From: Acidimicrobiales bacterium
GTDB taxonomy: Bacteria; Actinomycetota; Acidimicrobiia; Acidimicrobiales; Bin134
Assembly (NCBI GenBank): GCA_965208805.1
Contig: OZ242355.1
Span: 2,760,982 to 2,824,981, forward strand
Direction of reading: 5' to 3'
Length of the DNA: 64,000 nucleotides
Below are positions 8,297 through 16,051 of the stretch, in pieces. The notes beneath the pieces are model-generated. The model was not told the origin of the DNA, made no database searches, and worked only from the letters and a program-made list of their open reading frames with translations. Position 1 is the stretch's first letter, and each line of letters opens with the position of its first letter. A program made the translations under genes and the position numbers.

Positions 8297-8371
8297 CGCC
8301 CCCGGCAGGATTCGAACCTGCGGCCTGATGATTAGAAGTCACCTGCTCTGTCCGGACTGAGCTACAGGGGC
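8297..8371 (-). tRNA. tRNA-Arg (anticodon TCT)
   Basis: Cloverleaf folded by hand. Acceptor GCCCCUG/CGGGGGC (one G-U), D arm GCUC-AGUCCGGACA-GAGC, anticodon stem GGUGA/UCAUC with loop CU-UCU-AA, T arm GCAGG-UUCGAAU-CCUGC, discriminator G. CCA is not encoded. Confidence 0.9.
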
Positions 8372-8493
8372 GTGTTGGTGAGTACACCAGTCACGTCGAG
8401 TGTATTGCCTACTCAAGTCCGGCCCGTACCAGGTTTGCGGTGACCAGTAGTGACGACAACGGGCGGACACGTCTGCGGCAGTAGCGTCGGGTT

Positions 8494-8871
8494 ATGGCTG
8501 AAATGACCACTGCCAACGGGATTGCCTATGTGCGCACTCCGGAAGAGCGGTTTGCCGGGATCGACGATTATCCGTACGAGCCGCGCTATGTCGACATTAA
8601 CGGCCTGCGGATGGCCTATGTGATGGCGGAACCGGAGGGGGCGGCCGACGACGCGGCCACGATCTTGCTATTGCACGGCGAGCCGACCTGGGGCTACCTG
8701 TACCGCGAGATGATTCCGCCGTTGGTGGAGGGTGGTTACCGCGTGCTGGTTCCCCACCGGATCCCCGGTGCTGCGGGCCAACCCCATGCCCAGTTCCGAC
8801 CGGCCAGCCACTGCATCCAAGAAGACCAGGGTCCCGCGCTGGCCGAGGCCATCATCGCCTGGCTGGATTGA
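8494..8871 (+). pseudogene. Haloalkane dehalogenase-type alpha/beta hydrolase remnant with large internal deletion
   Basis: 125-aa ORF. The N-terminal 83 or so residues (RTPEERFAGIDDYPYEPRYVDINGLRMAYV...LLLHGEPTWGYLYREMIPPLVEGGYRVLVP) join directly to a C-terminal tail (ASHCIQEDQGPALAEAIIAWL, carrying the catalytic His region). The nucleophile elbow and cap domain, about 170 aa, are absent. Confidence 0.65.
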
Positions 8872-8939
8872 GCATGCGCCGGAGCCGGTGCCAAACGGTT
8901 TCCCCGTCTCCGGCTGCTGCCCATAGAATGACCAGGCTT

Positions 8940-9018
8940 GCGGGCCGTAGCTCAGTCAGGTTAGAGCGCCGGGTTGTGGTCCCGGAGGTCGGGGGTTCAA
9001 ATCCCCTCGGTCCGCCCA
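8940..9018 (+). tRNA. tRNA-His (anticodon GTG) with encoded G-1 and CCA
   Basis: Folded by hand. Acceptor CGGGCCG/CGGUCCG, extra G at 8940 opposite discriminator C (9015), D arm GCUC-AGUCAGGUUA-GAGC, anticodon stem CCGGG/CCCGG with loop UU-GUG-GU, T arm GGGGG-UUCAAAU-CCCCU. CCA lies at 9016-9018. Confidence 0.9.
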
Positions 9019-9022
9019 ACAA

Positions 9023-9096
9023 GCCCCTCTAGCTCAATTTGGCAGAGCAACGGACTCTTAATCCGCAGGTTCTGGGTTCAAGTCCCAGGGGGGGTA
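9023..9096 (+). tRNA. tRNA-Lys (anticodon CTT)
   Basis: Folded by hand. Acceptor GCCCCUC/GGGGGGU (G1-U72 and U6-G67 wobbles), D arm GCUC-AAUUUGGCA-GAGC, anticodon loop CU-CUU-AA, T arm CUGGG-UUCAAGU-CCCAG, discriminator A. No CCA is encoded. Confidence 0.85.
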
Positions 9097-9115
9097 CAAC
9101 TCAGGCCATGCCTTC

Positions 9116-9418
9116 TCAGGGGAGGATGTCGTGGCTGCCGATCCGTAGCCAGATGACATGGCGCTTGCCAGGAGTCTGATGAGGGCCCCAGGCGAAAGTT
9201 GCCCGGCCGTCTGGGGACCATGTCATTTCGTAGACACCGGATGCCCCCTTCACCTTCTTGACGCGCAGACTTGATCGGAACCAGGAGAGACGTCCGTCTT
9301 CCATGTCAGCCAGGTCGGCCACGAATTGCTGCAACCGAGATTCGAAGAGAGTCGTCTGCACCGGGGTGAGCCGTTTGAGATCGCGCAGGAAGGAAGGGTT
9401 CTCGAAGTGTGTCGGCAC
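9116..9418 (-). CDS. RelE/ParE-superfamily-like toxin (copy 1 of a paralogous pair)
   Basis: Frame of ORF 9116..9520. The GTG at 9418 is chosen by alignment with the paralogue at 24489..24797. The conserved C-terminal block is LRVKKVKGASGVYEMTWSPDGRATFAWG...HVIWLRIGSHDILP. The family assignment rests on pattern only. Confidence 0.6.
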   Translation of the reverse strand: MPTHFENPSFLRDLKRLTPVQTTLFESRLQQFVADLADMEDGRLSWFRSSLRVKKVKGASGVYEMTWSPDGRATFAWGPHQTPGKRHVIWLRIGSHDILP

Positions 9419-9440
9419 TCGCCCGGAGTTGCGGAGGCAG

Positions 9441-9644
9441 CTATTGAGAGGACCCGTTTTGCCGCGCTCGCAGTGCGGCGATGAAGTCCTCGGTGCTGGC
9501 GTGAAACTCGCCCTCTTCAAGGTTGGCTGCGGGCCCTTTGCCGGTGTCGGCGTCGATGTCGGCGAGTGTCAGGGTTTCGGGCTGCATTTGCTTGCGCTGC
9601 TTGCGGGCCAAGGGAAGCCAGCGCTTTAGATCCAAAACAGCCAT
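9441..9644 (-). CDS. Putative antitoxin (copy 1)
   Basis: ATG at 9644 preceded by GGAGGA. The 67-aa product is MAVLDLKRWLPLARKQRKQ...STEDFIAALRARQ, and the gene ends 22 nt upstream of the toxin gene. It shows weak but colinear similarity to 24807..24989. No known domain was recognised. Confidence 0.5.
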   Translation of the reverse strand: MAVLDLKRWLPLARKQRKQMQPETLTLADIDADTGKGPAANLEEGEFHASTEDFIAALRARQNGSSQ

Positions 9645-9795
9645 TGCCTGTCCTCCGTGGTCAACGACGTCACTCACTCTACTTGCGTCGTCGCTTCAAA
9701 CCAGCAGGATTGGCGTGTAGGCCATTCAATGGAGTGGCCTTCTGGGAGAGCATTCGAGCAGCGCATGGATTGAGACCCCGTGCTATAGTGATGCT

Positions 9796-9830
9796 GTTCC
9801 GCATTGCGGTACTGGTCCACAGTATGGAAC
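9796..9830. promoter_or_regulatory. Double palindromic operator-like site upstream of the corrinoid methyltransferase operon
   Basis: GTTCCGCATTGCGGTAC-T-GGTCCACAGTATGGAAC, two 17-mers of form GkTCCr-N5-yGGwAC separated by 1 nt, ending 38 nt before the ATG at 9869. It matches the reverse complement of 22440-22474 at 26 of 35 positions. Confidence 0.5.
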
Positions 9831-9868
9831 CCGCCCTGGGGTCCAGCACCACAGAAGGAGTGTGTCGA

Positions 9869-10570
9869 ATGACTGACACGCCCGAGATCGACGACATCGA
9901 TCTGTCGAGTCTGAACGACGAAGACCTGTGCGCGCAGATGCACGACGATCTCTACGACGGCCTGGCCGAGGAGATCGATGAGGGCACCAGAATCCTGCTG
10001 GACCGGGGCTGGGGTGCCGACAAGGTGCTGGACGTGGCGCTGGTGGAGGGGATGCGCATCGTGGGCATCGACTTCCGCGACGGCATCCTGTTCGTGCCCG
10101 AGGTGCTGCTGGCCGCCAACGCCATGAAGGCGGGCATGGCCATCTTGCGCCCGCTTCTGGCCGAGACCGGTGCGGAGCCCATCGGCAGCGTGGTGATCGG
10201 AACGGTCAAGGGCGACATCCACGACATCGGCAAGAACCTGGTGGCCATGATGCTGGAAGGCGCGGGGTTCGAGGTAACCGACCTGGGCATAAACACCGAC
10301 GTGGAGGAGTTCATCGCCGCCCTCGACGAGCACCGGCCCGACATCTTGGGCATGTCGGCGCTGCTCACCACCACCATGCCCTACATGAAGGTGGTCATCG
10401 ACACGCTGGTGGAGAAGAGCCTGCGGGAGGACTTCATCGTGCTGGTGGGCGGCGCCCCCCTCAATGAGGAGTTTGGCGAGGCCATCGGCGCCGACGCCTA
10501 CTGCCGCGACGCCGCCGTCGCCGCGGAAACCGCCAAGGAACTCGTTGCTGCCCGCCGAGCCGCGGTCTGA
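9869..10570 (+). CDS. Cobalamin-binding corrinoid protein of a methyltransferase system (MtgC/MttC-like)
   Basis: ATG at 9869 preceded by GAAGGAG. It has an N-terminal helical B12-binding_2-like region, the DxHxxG base-off motif (GTVKGDIHDIGKNLV), and ...GMSALLTTTM further downstream. Confidence 0.9.
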   Translation: MTDTPEIDDIDLSSLNDEDLCAQMHDDLYDGLAEEIDEGTRILLDRGWGADKVLDVALVEGMRIVGIDFRDGILFVPEVLLAANAMKAGMAILRPLLAETGAEPIGSVVIGTVKGDIHDIGKNLVAMMLEGAGFEVTDLGINTDVEEFIAALDEHRPDILGMSALLTTTMPYMKVVIDTLVEKSLREDFIVLVGGAPLNEEFGEAIGADAYCRDAAVAAETAKELVAARRAAV

Positions 10571-10572
10571 CC

Positions 10573-11181
10573 ATGTCCAAAGTGCTCGTGGTGGCCTGCG
10601 GGGCGCTGGCCAAAGAGTTGCGCCACCTCATCTCGGCCCTCGAGAACGAGGGAGGCGGCCCCGGCATCGACCTCGAGTGCCTGCCGGCCAAGCTGCACAA
10701 CCGCCCGGAGCTGATCCCCGAGGCGGTGCGAGATAGGGTGCGGGCCGCCCGCGGCCGCTACCAGACCATTCTGGTGGGCTACGCCGACTGCGGCACCGGG
10801 GGCCTGCTCGACAAGGTGTGCCGAGAAGAAGGAGTAGAACGCCTTCCCGGCCCCCATTGCTATGAGCTCTATGCCGGGGCTGAAGCGTTCGCCCAACTTC
10901 AAGACCAAGAGTTGGGCACGCTGTACCTCACCGACTATCTGGTGCGGCATTTCGAGCGACTGATTCTGGAGGGGCTGGGCATTCTGGACCACCCCGAGCT
11001 GCAAGACGTCTATTTCAAGAACTACACCCGGCTGGTGTACCTGTCACAAGAGCACGACCCCGATCTGGACCGATTGGCCCGACAAGCGGCAGACCGCCTG
11101 GGGCTGCGCTTCGAGAAGGCGGTCACCGGCTACGGAGGTTTGGTCGATGCGCTGGTAGAGATCCGGGAGCGAGCCGCGTGA
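10573..11181 (+). CDS. DUF1638-domain protein
   Basis: 202 aa, starting 2 nt after the corrinoid protein stop. Its pattern is VVACGALAKELRHL ... CLPAKLHNRPELIP ... ILVGYADCGTGG. By memory this family sits next to corrinoid methyltransferase genes. Confidence 0.7.
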   Translation: MSKVLVVACGALAKELRHLISALENEGGGPGIDLECLPAKLHNRPELIPEAVRDRVRAARGRYQTILVGYADCGTGGLLDKVCREEGVERLPGPHCYELYAGAEAFAQLQDQELGTLYLTDYLVRHFERLILEGLGILDHPELQDVYFKNYTRLVYLSQEHDPDLDRLARQAADRLGLRFEKAVTGYGGLVDALVEIRERAA

Positions 11182-11534
11182 GTCGGCGGCGGGGGAGTAA
11201 CGGCAACCTAGTGGTGATCTGTTGGCGGGACATCCCCGCTCAGGTGAACGCCGGCTCGGGATCCTCAAAAATCCAGCGCATCCTCCCCCGCCGCTTCCAA
11301 CGCGCGATCGACGAAGCCGCCATGGTGGCCGGCAAGACCCAGGCATCGCAGTACGTGGGCGAGTGGCGCCGCAAGGTGATCCCCGGCGACGCCGATGATC
11401 CCGAGGGTGCCGCTTTGCGGGCCGCCGAGGAGCTTGAGGCCGCGTTCCCGCGGGAGCGGCTCAAAGAATTCGTAGCCACCGGGGGCTGGGACCCGGACAA
11501 TGCAACCGTGAGTCCCCAGGAGGCGACAACGTGA
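11178..11534 (+). CDS. Virulence_fact (PF13769)-like small protein
   Basis: 118 aa with a GTGA overlap at both ends. VVICWRDIPAQVNA...RRFQRAIDEAAMVAGKT...YVGEW fits the remembered family signature (WRDIPAQV ... RF..AID.AAM). Confidence 0.6.
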   Translation: MSRRRGSNGNLVVICWRDIPAQVNAGSGSSKIQRILPRRFQRAIDEAAMVAGKTQASQYVGEWRRKVIPGDADDPEGAALRAAEELEAAFPRERLKEFVATGGWDPDNATVSPQEATT

Positions 11535-12433
11535 CCGAAACCGTGCTCAGCTCGGCGACCAAAGAGGTGGTGATCGGTTTCGACCGCCCCTTCGTGATGA
11601 TCGGCGAGCGGATCAACCCCACCGGGCGCAAGCTGCTGACCGAGGAGATGAAGGTCGGCGACTTCAGCCGGGTGGAGGCCGACGCCTTGGCCCAGGTGGC
11701 CGCCGGCGCCCACATGCTGGACGTGAACGCCGGCATCCCGCTGGCCGACGAGCCCGCGCTGCTGGCTCGGGCCATCAAGCTGGTGCAGTCGGTGACCGAC
11801 GTGCCGCTGTCCATCGACTCGTCGATCATCGAGGCGCTGGAGGCGGGCATCGCGGTGTACGACGGCAAGCCGCTGATCAACTCGGTCACCGGCGAGGAAG
11901 AAGTGCTGGAGCGGGTGCTTCCCCTGGTGGCCCGCCACAGCGCCGCGGTGGTGGCCATCTCCAACGACGAGACCGGCATCAGCGAAGATCCCGACGTCCG
12001 CTTCAAAGTGGCCCGCAAGATTGTGGAGCGGGCCTCCGACCACGGCATCCCCCGCTCCGATGTGGTGGTGGACCCACTGGTCATGCCCATCGGGGCCATG
12101 GGCACCGCGGGCCAGCAGGTGTTCCGCCTGGTTCGGCGCATCCGGGAAGAGCTCGGGGTGAACACCACCTGCGGGGCCAGCAACGTGAGCTTCGGCCTGC
12201 CCAACCGCCACGCGATCACCGGCACGTTCTTGGCCATGGCCATCGGCGCCGGGATGACCTCGGCCATCATGAATCCCTTGCACGCCGAGGTAAAGCAGGC
12301 GGTGATGGCCGCCGATGTGCTGGCCGGGCACGACCGCGACTGCATGGCGTGGATCGCCGAGAACCGGGACCCGACCGCGGCCGGGGAGGGGGCGGCCCGC
12401 CGTCGAGGAGGACGTCGCCGGGCCGCAGTATGA
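11531..12433 (+). CDS. Methyltetrahydrofolate:corrinoid methyltransferase (pterin-binding domain, MtgA/AcsE/MetH-like)
   Basis: 300 aa. FVMIGERINPTGRKLL ... AGAHMLDVNAG ... PLSIDSS ... LINSV ... GASNVSFGLPNR are the pterin-binding (DHPS-like) barrel signatures. Confidence 0.85.
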   Translation: MTETVLSSATKEVVIGFDRPFVMIGERINPTGRKLLTEEMKVGDFSRVEADALAQVAAGAHMLDVNAGIPLADEPALLARAIKLVQSVTDVPLSIDSSIIEALEAGIAVYDGKPLINSVTGEEEVLERVLPLVARHSAAVVAISNDETGISEDPDVRFKVARKIVERASDHGIPRSDVVVDPLVMPIGAMGTAGQQVFRLVRRIREELGVNTTCGASNVSFGLPNRHAITGTFLAMAIGAGMTSAIMNPLHAEVKQAVMAADVLAGHDRDCMAWIAENRDPTAAGEGAARRRGGRRRAAV

Positions 12434-14499
12434 GTTCCGAGCACCGTGTGGTGTTCACCCCCAGCGGCATCGAGGCAACCGCCGCCGAGGGGTCGACGGT
12501 GCTGGACGCGGCTCGCACCGCCGGGGTGGACATCGACTCGGTGTGTGGGGGCCGAGGGCTGTGCGGCCGCTGCCAGGTGTCCCCCAGCACCGGCCAGTTC
12601 GCCAAGTGGGGGCTGACGAGCACTGACGACGCCCTCTCCGCGCCCGGCCCCACCGAGCTCGACTACCGAGGGCGCCGCCCGTTGGAAGCAGGCCACCGGC
12701 TGAGCTGTCAGGCCGCCGTGCTGGGCGACGTGGTGATCGACGTCCCGCCCCAGAGCCAAGTACACAGCCCGGTGGTGCGAAAGGCGGTCGATCTGGGCGA
12801 GATCACCCTCGACCCGGTGGTGACCCTCCACTATCTGGAACTGCCCATCGCCGTGCTGGGCGACGAGATCTCCGATGCCGAACGGCTGGTCGGCGCTTTG
12901 GACGACGACTGGGACCTGTCCGACGTTGAAGTTCCCGCTTCAGCACTGCCCGCCTTGTCTTCGGCGATCGCACAGGGGAACGGGGCGGTCACCGCCGTGG
13001 TCCACACCCGACGGCAGTACTCAACACATGCCGAAGACGGCGAGGTGGTCGAGCGACGGGTGCTCACGGTGCGACCGGGGTATTCCGATGCGGAATTTGG
13101 CGTGGCGATGGATGTGGGCTCGACCACCGTGGCCGGCTACCTGCTGGATTTGGCCACTGGTGAGGTGGCTGCCACCGCAGGGCGCATGAACCCGCAGATC
13201 CGTTTCGGCGAGGACCTGATGAGCCGGGTGTCCTACGCCATGTTGAACCCCGGCGGCACCGCCGAGCTGACCACGGCGGTGCGGTCGGCCATCGACAACG
13301 TGATCGGCGAGCTCTGTGAGGCCGCGGCCATCGACCGAACCGACGTCTGCGATCTCGTGATGGTGGGAAATCCGATCATGCACCACCTGGTGCTGGGCAT
13401 CGACCCCACCCCGCTGGGCGCAGCCCCGTTCACATTGGCCATGCGCGACGGGGTGTGGGCCAACGCCAGCGACATCGGCGTGGACCTGCCCGGCGCATCC
13501 CTCTATGTGGGGCCGTGCATCGCCGGCCACGTGGGGGCCGACGCGGCCGCGGCCCTGCTGGCCGAAGGGCCGCACCGATCGCCCCAAGCGCAGCTTCTGG
13601 TGGACGTGGGCACCAATGCCGAGATCGTGCTGGGCGACGGCCAGAAAGTGTGGGCGGCGTCGAGTCCTACTGGGCCCGCATTCGAAGGCGCCCAGATCAG
13701 CTGCGGACAAAGAGCCACCGCCGGGGCAATCGAAGGGGTGCGGATCGACCCCGCCACGCTGGAGCCCCGTTTCAAGGTGATCGGCTGCGATCTGTGGTCC
13801 GACGACCCCGGCTTTGAAGACGCGTTGGGCTCTCTGGAGGTGTCCGGGCTGTGCGGTTCGGGAATCATCGAGGTGATTGCGGAGATGTTTTTGGTCGGGA
13901 TCATCGACCACCGAGGAGTCATCGGCGGTGAGTTGGCCGAGCGCAGCCCCCGCATCATCGCCGACGGTCGGACGTATTCCTATGTGCTCCAAACCCAGCC
14001 GGTTCCGCTTTCGGTGACCCAGAACGACGTGCGAGCAGTGCAGTTGGCCAAGGCGGCGCTGCGGGCCGGCATAGACCTGCTCTTCGAGCACGCCGGGATC
14101 GCCGAGGTGGCCGATGTGAGGCTGGCCGGAGCGTTCGGCGCCCACATCAGTCCGGTTCACGCCATGGTGCTGGGTTTGGTGCCCGACGGGCCGGTAGAGG
14201 GGGTCAAAGGGGTGGGCAACGCTTCGGGGGCGGGCGCGGCCCGGATGCTGGTGTCGGGATCACAGCGGGCCGAGACCGAGCACGCCGCCCGGGAAGTGGT
14301 CAAGATCGAGACCGCTACCGAGGCCCGTTTCCAGGAGTTGTTCGTGGCCGCCATGTCGCTGCCCCATGAGACCGCCCCCACCACCCACTTGGAGCAGGCG
14401 GTGGATTTGCCCCCGAGGTCGACAGCCGATAGCGAGACTGCCGGACCCAAGCGGCGACGGACGGGCCGTCAACGAAATCAGATGCAGGAGCAACGATGA
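12430..14499 (+). CDS. Reductive activator of corrinoid protein (2Fe-2S ferredoxin + ASKHA/DUF4445 ATPase, RACo/RamA-like function)
   Basis: The ATG at 12430 overlaps the upstream stop (ATGA). It has an N-terminal plant-type ferredoxin cysteine cluster (CGGRGLCGRCQV). The long C-terminal region with MDVGSTTVAGYL and VDVGTNAEIVL phosphate-binding motifs is typical of ASKHA corrinoid activators. Confidence 0.85.
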   Translation: MSSEHRVVFTPSGIEATAAEGSTVLDAARTAGVDIDSVCGGRGLCGRCQVSPSTGQFAKWGLTSTDDALSAPGPTELDYRGRRPLEAGHRLSCQAAVLGDVVIDVPPQSQVHSPVVRKAVDLGEITLDPVVTLHYLELPIAVLGDEISDAERLVGALDDDWDLSDVEVPASALPALSSAIAQGNGAVTAVVHTRRQYSTHAEDGEVVERRVLTVRPGYSDAEFGVAMDVGSTTVAGYLLDLATGEVAATAGRMNPQIRFGEDLMSRVSYAMLNPGGTAELTTAVRSAIDNVIGELCEAAAIDRTDVCDLVMVGNPIMHHLVLGIDPTPLGAAPFTLAMRDGVWANASDIGVDLPGASLYVGPCIAGHVGADAAAALLAEGPHRSPQAQLLVDVGTNAEIVLGDGQKVWAASSPTGPAFEGAQISCGQRATAGAIEGVRIDPATLEPRFKVIGCDLWSDDPGFEDALGSLEVSGLCGSGIIEVIAEMFLVGIIDHRGVIGGELAERSPRIIADGRTYSYVLQTQPVPLSVTQNDVRAVQLAKAALRAGIDLLFEHAGIAEVADVRLAGAFGAHISPVHAMVLGLVPDGPVEGVKGVGNASGAGAARMLVSGSQRAETEHAAREVVKIETATEARFQELFVAAMSLPHETAPTTHLEQAVDLPPRSTADSETAGPKRRRTGRQRNQMQEQR

Positions 14500-16031
14500 G
14501 CGAGCGACAAGGAAGGCGGGGCGGCGGACGGGCCGGTCGCCAGGCGGCCCGGGCAGCCAGCCAAGTATTGGCCGCCCCGGTGTTGGAGCGGCGCTTGCCG
14601 CCGGTGGAGATCATCGACGAGGCCGGGCTGGCCCAGATCGAGGAGAACGCCGAGACCATCCTGGCCGAGGTGGGCGTCGCCTTCCAGGACTTCCCCGACG
14701 CGCTCGACCTGTGGCGGGATGCTGGGGCCGATGTCGACGGCGAGCTGGTGCGGTTCCCCCGGGGGCTGTGCCGCCAGATCGTGACCCAAAGTGCCCCCGC
14801 CACCTACACCCAGCACGCCCGCAATCCCGAGCGCAGCGTGAGCATCGGGGGCAACACCACCGTTTTCGTCCCCAACTACGGCTCCCCGTTCGTCACCGAC
14901 CTGGACCAGGGGCGGCGCTACGCCACCCTGGCCGACTTCGAGAACGTGGTGAAGCTGGCCTACCGGCTCCCCCACCTGCACCACAGCGGGGGCACGGTGT
15001 GCGAGCCGGTGGACGTGCCGGTGGAGGTGCGCCACCTCGACATGGTGTACGCCCACCTCCGCTACAGCGACAAGCCCTTCATGGGCTCGGTGACTAGCGC
15101 CGAGCGGGCTGCCGACTCGGTGGAGCTGGCCCGCATCGCCTTCGGCGGCGACCTGGCCGACCGCACGGTGATGACCTCACTGATCAACGCCTCCTCCCCC
15201 ATGCGCTGGGACGCCACCATGCTGGGCGCGGCCACGGTGTACGCCCGGGCCAACCAGGCCAGCATCATCAGCCCGTTCATCCTGGCCGGGGCCATGTCGC
15301 CGGTGACGGTGGCCGGCCTGTGCGCCCAAGCCCTGGCCGAGGCGCTGTCGGGCATGGCCTACCTTCAACTGGTGCGGCCCGGGTCGCCCGTTGTCTTCGG
15401 GACATTCGCCTCATCGATGTCGATGGCCACCGGCGCTCCCACTTTCGGCACCCCCGAGGCGGCCCAGGCCATCTTCGTCATGGCCGCGTTGGCCCGGCGC
15501 TGCGGGGTGCCATTCCGCTCCGGCGGCCAGCTCACCGCATCCAAGGCCGCTGATGCCCAAGCGGCCTACGAGTCGGCCCACACCCTGTTGCCCACCGTGC
15601 AGGCCGGGGTCAACTTCGTGCTCCACGCCGCCGGATGGCTGGAGGGGGGCCTGACCCTGGGCTACGAGAAGCTCATCATGGACGCCGACCAGCTCGGCGC
15701 TATGGAGGTCCACGCCCGGGGGGTGGATTTGAGCGACAACGGCCAGGCCATGGAGGCGTTTCGCACCAACACCCACGGCGACCACTTCTTGGGCAACGCC
15801 CACACCCTGGCCAACTTCGAGACCGCCTTCTGGCGCTCAGAGATAGCCGACAACAACAGCTACGAGCAGTGGTCCGAAGAGGGCTCCCTCACCGCAGCCC
15901 AGCGGGCCAACACCCGCTGGAAAGAACTGCTGGCCGACTACCAGCCACCCCCCATCGACGACGCCATCCACGCCGAGCTGCAAGATTTCCTGGCCCGCCG
16001 CAAAACCGAGATCGCCAGCGAGCAAGCATGA
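14496..16031 (+). CDS. MttB-superfamily (trimethylamine methyltransferase family) methyltransferase, non-pyrrolysine type
   Basis: 511 aa, ATGA-coupled to the activator gene. It shows MttB-like sequence throughout (e.g. NYGSPFVTDLD.GRRYATLADFEN..KLA, SPMRWD, FTGAPTFGTPEAAQ-like blocks). The ORF is uninterrupted with no in-frame TAG. Confidence 0.9.
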   Translation: MSERQGRRGGGRAGRQAARAASQVLAAPVLERRLPPVEIIDEAGLAQIEENAETILAEVGVAFQDFPDALDLWRDAGADVDGELVRFPRGLCRQIVTQSAPATYTQHARNPERSVSIGGNTTVFVPNYGSPFVTDLDQGRRYATLADFENVVKLAYRLPHLHHSGGTVCEPVDVPVEVRHLDMVYAHLRYSDKPFMGSVTSAERAADSVELARIAFGGDLADRTVMTSLINASSPMRWDATMLGAATVYARANQASIISPFILAGAMSPVTVAGLCAQALAEALSGMAYLQLVRPGSPVVFGTFASSMSMATGAPTFGTPEAAQAIFVMAALARRCGVPFRSGGQLTASKAADAQAAYESAHTLLPTVQAGVNFVLHAAGWLEGGLTLGYEKLIMDADQLGAMEVHARGVDLSDNGQAMEAFRTNTHGDHFLGNAHTLANFETAFWRSEIADNNSYEQWSEEGSLTAAQRANTRWKELLADYQPPPIDDAIHAELQDFLARRKTEIASEQA

Positions 16032-16051
16032 CCTGAACAAAGGAGCGGACC

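Noticed and set aside
9680-9868. Cobalamin riboswitch upstream of the corrinoid protein gene.
   Set aside because: I could not find a B12-box-like core or the expected multi-stem organisation by eye. The region instead contains the double palindromic operator. A covariance-model scan (Rfam RF00174) would be decisive.
11240-14160. Long antisense ORFs opposite the corrinoid operon (11240..12331, 11461..12831, 13021..14160, all minus strand).
   Set aside because: They lie exactly opposite genes with strong domain motifs. Their translations are Arg/Gly/His/Pro-rich low-complexity strings with no motifs. Such shadow ORFs are expected in ~65% GC DNA because stop codons are rare.
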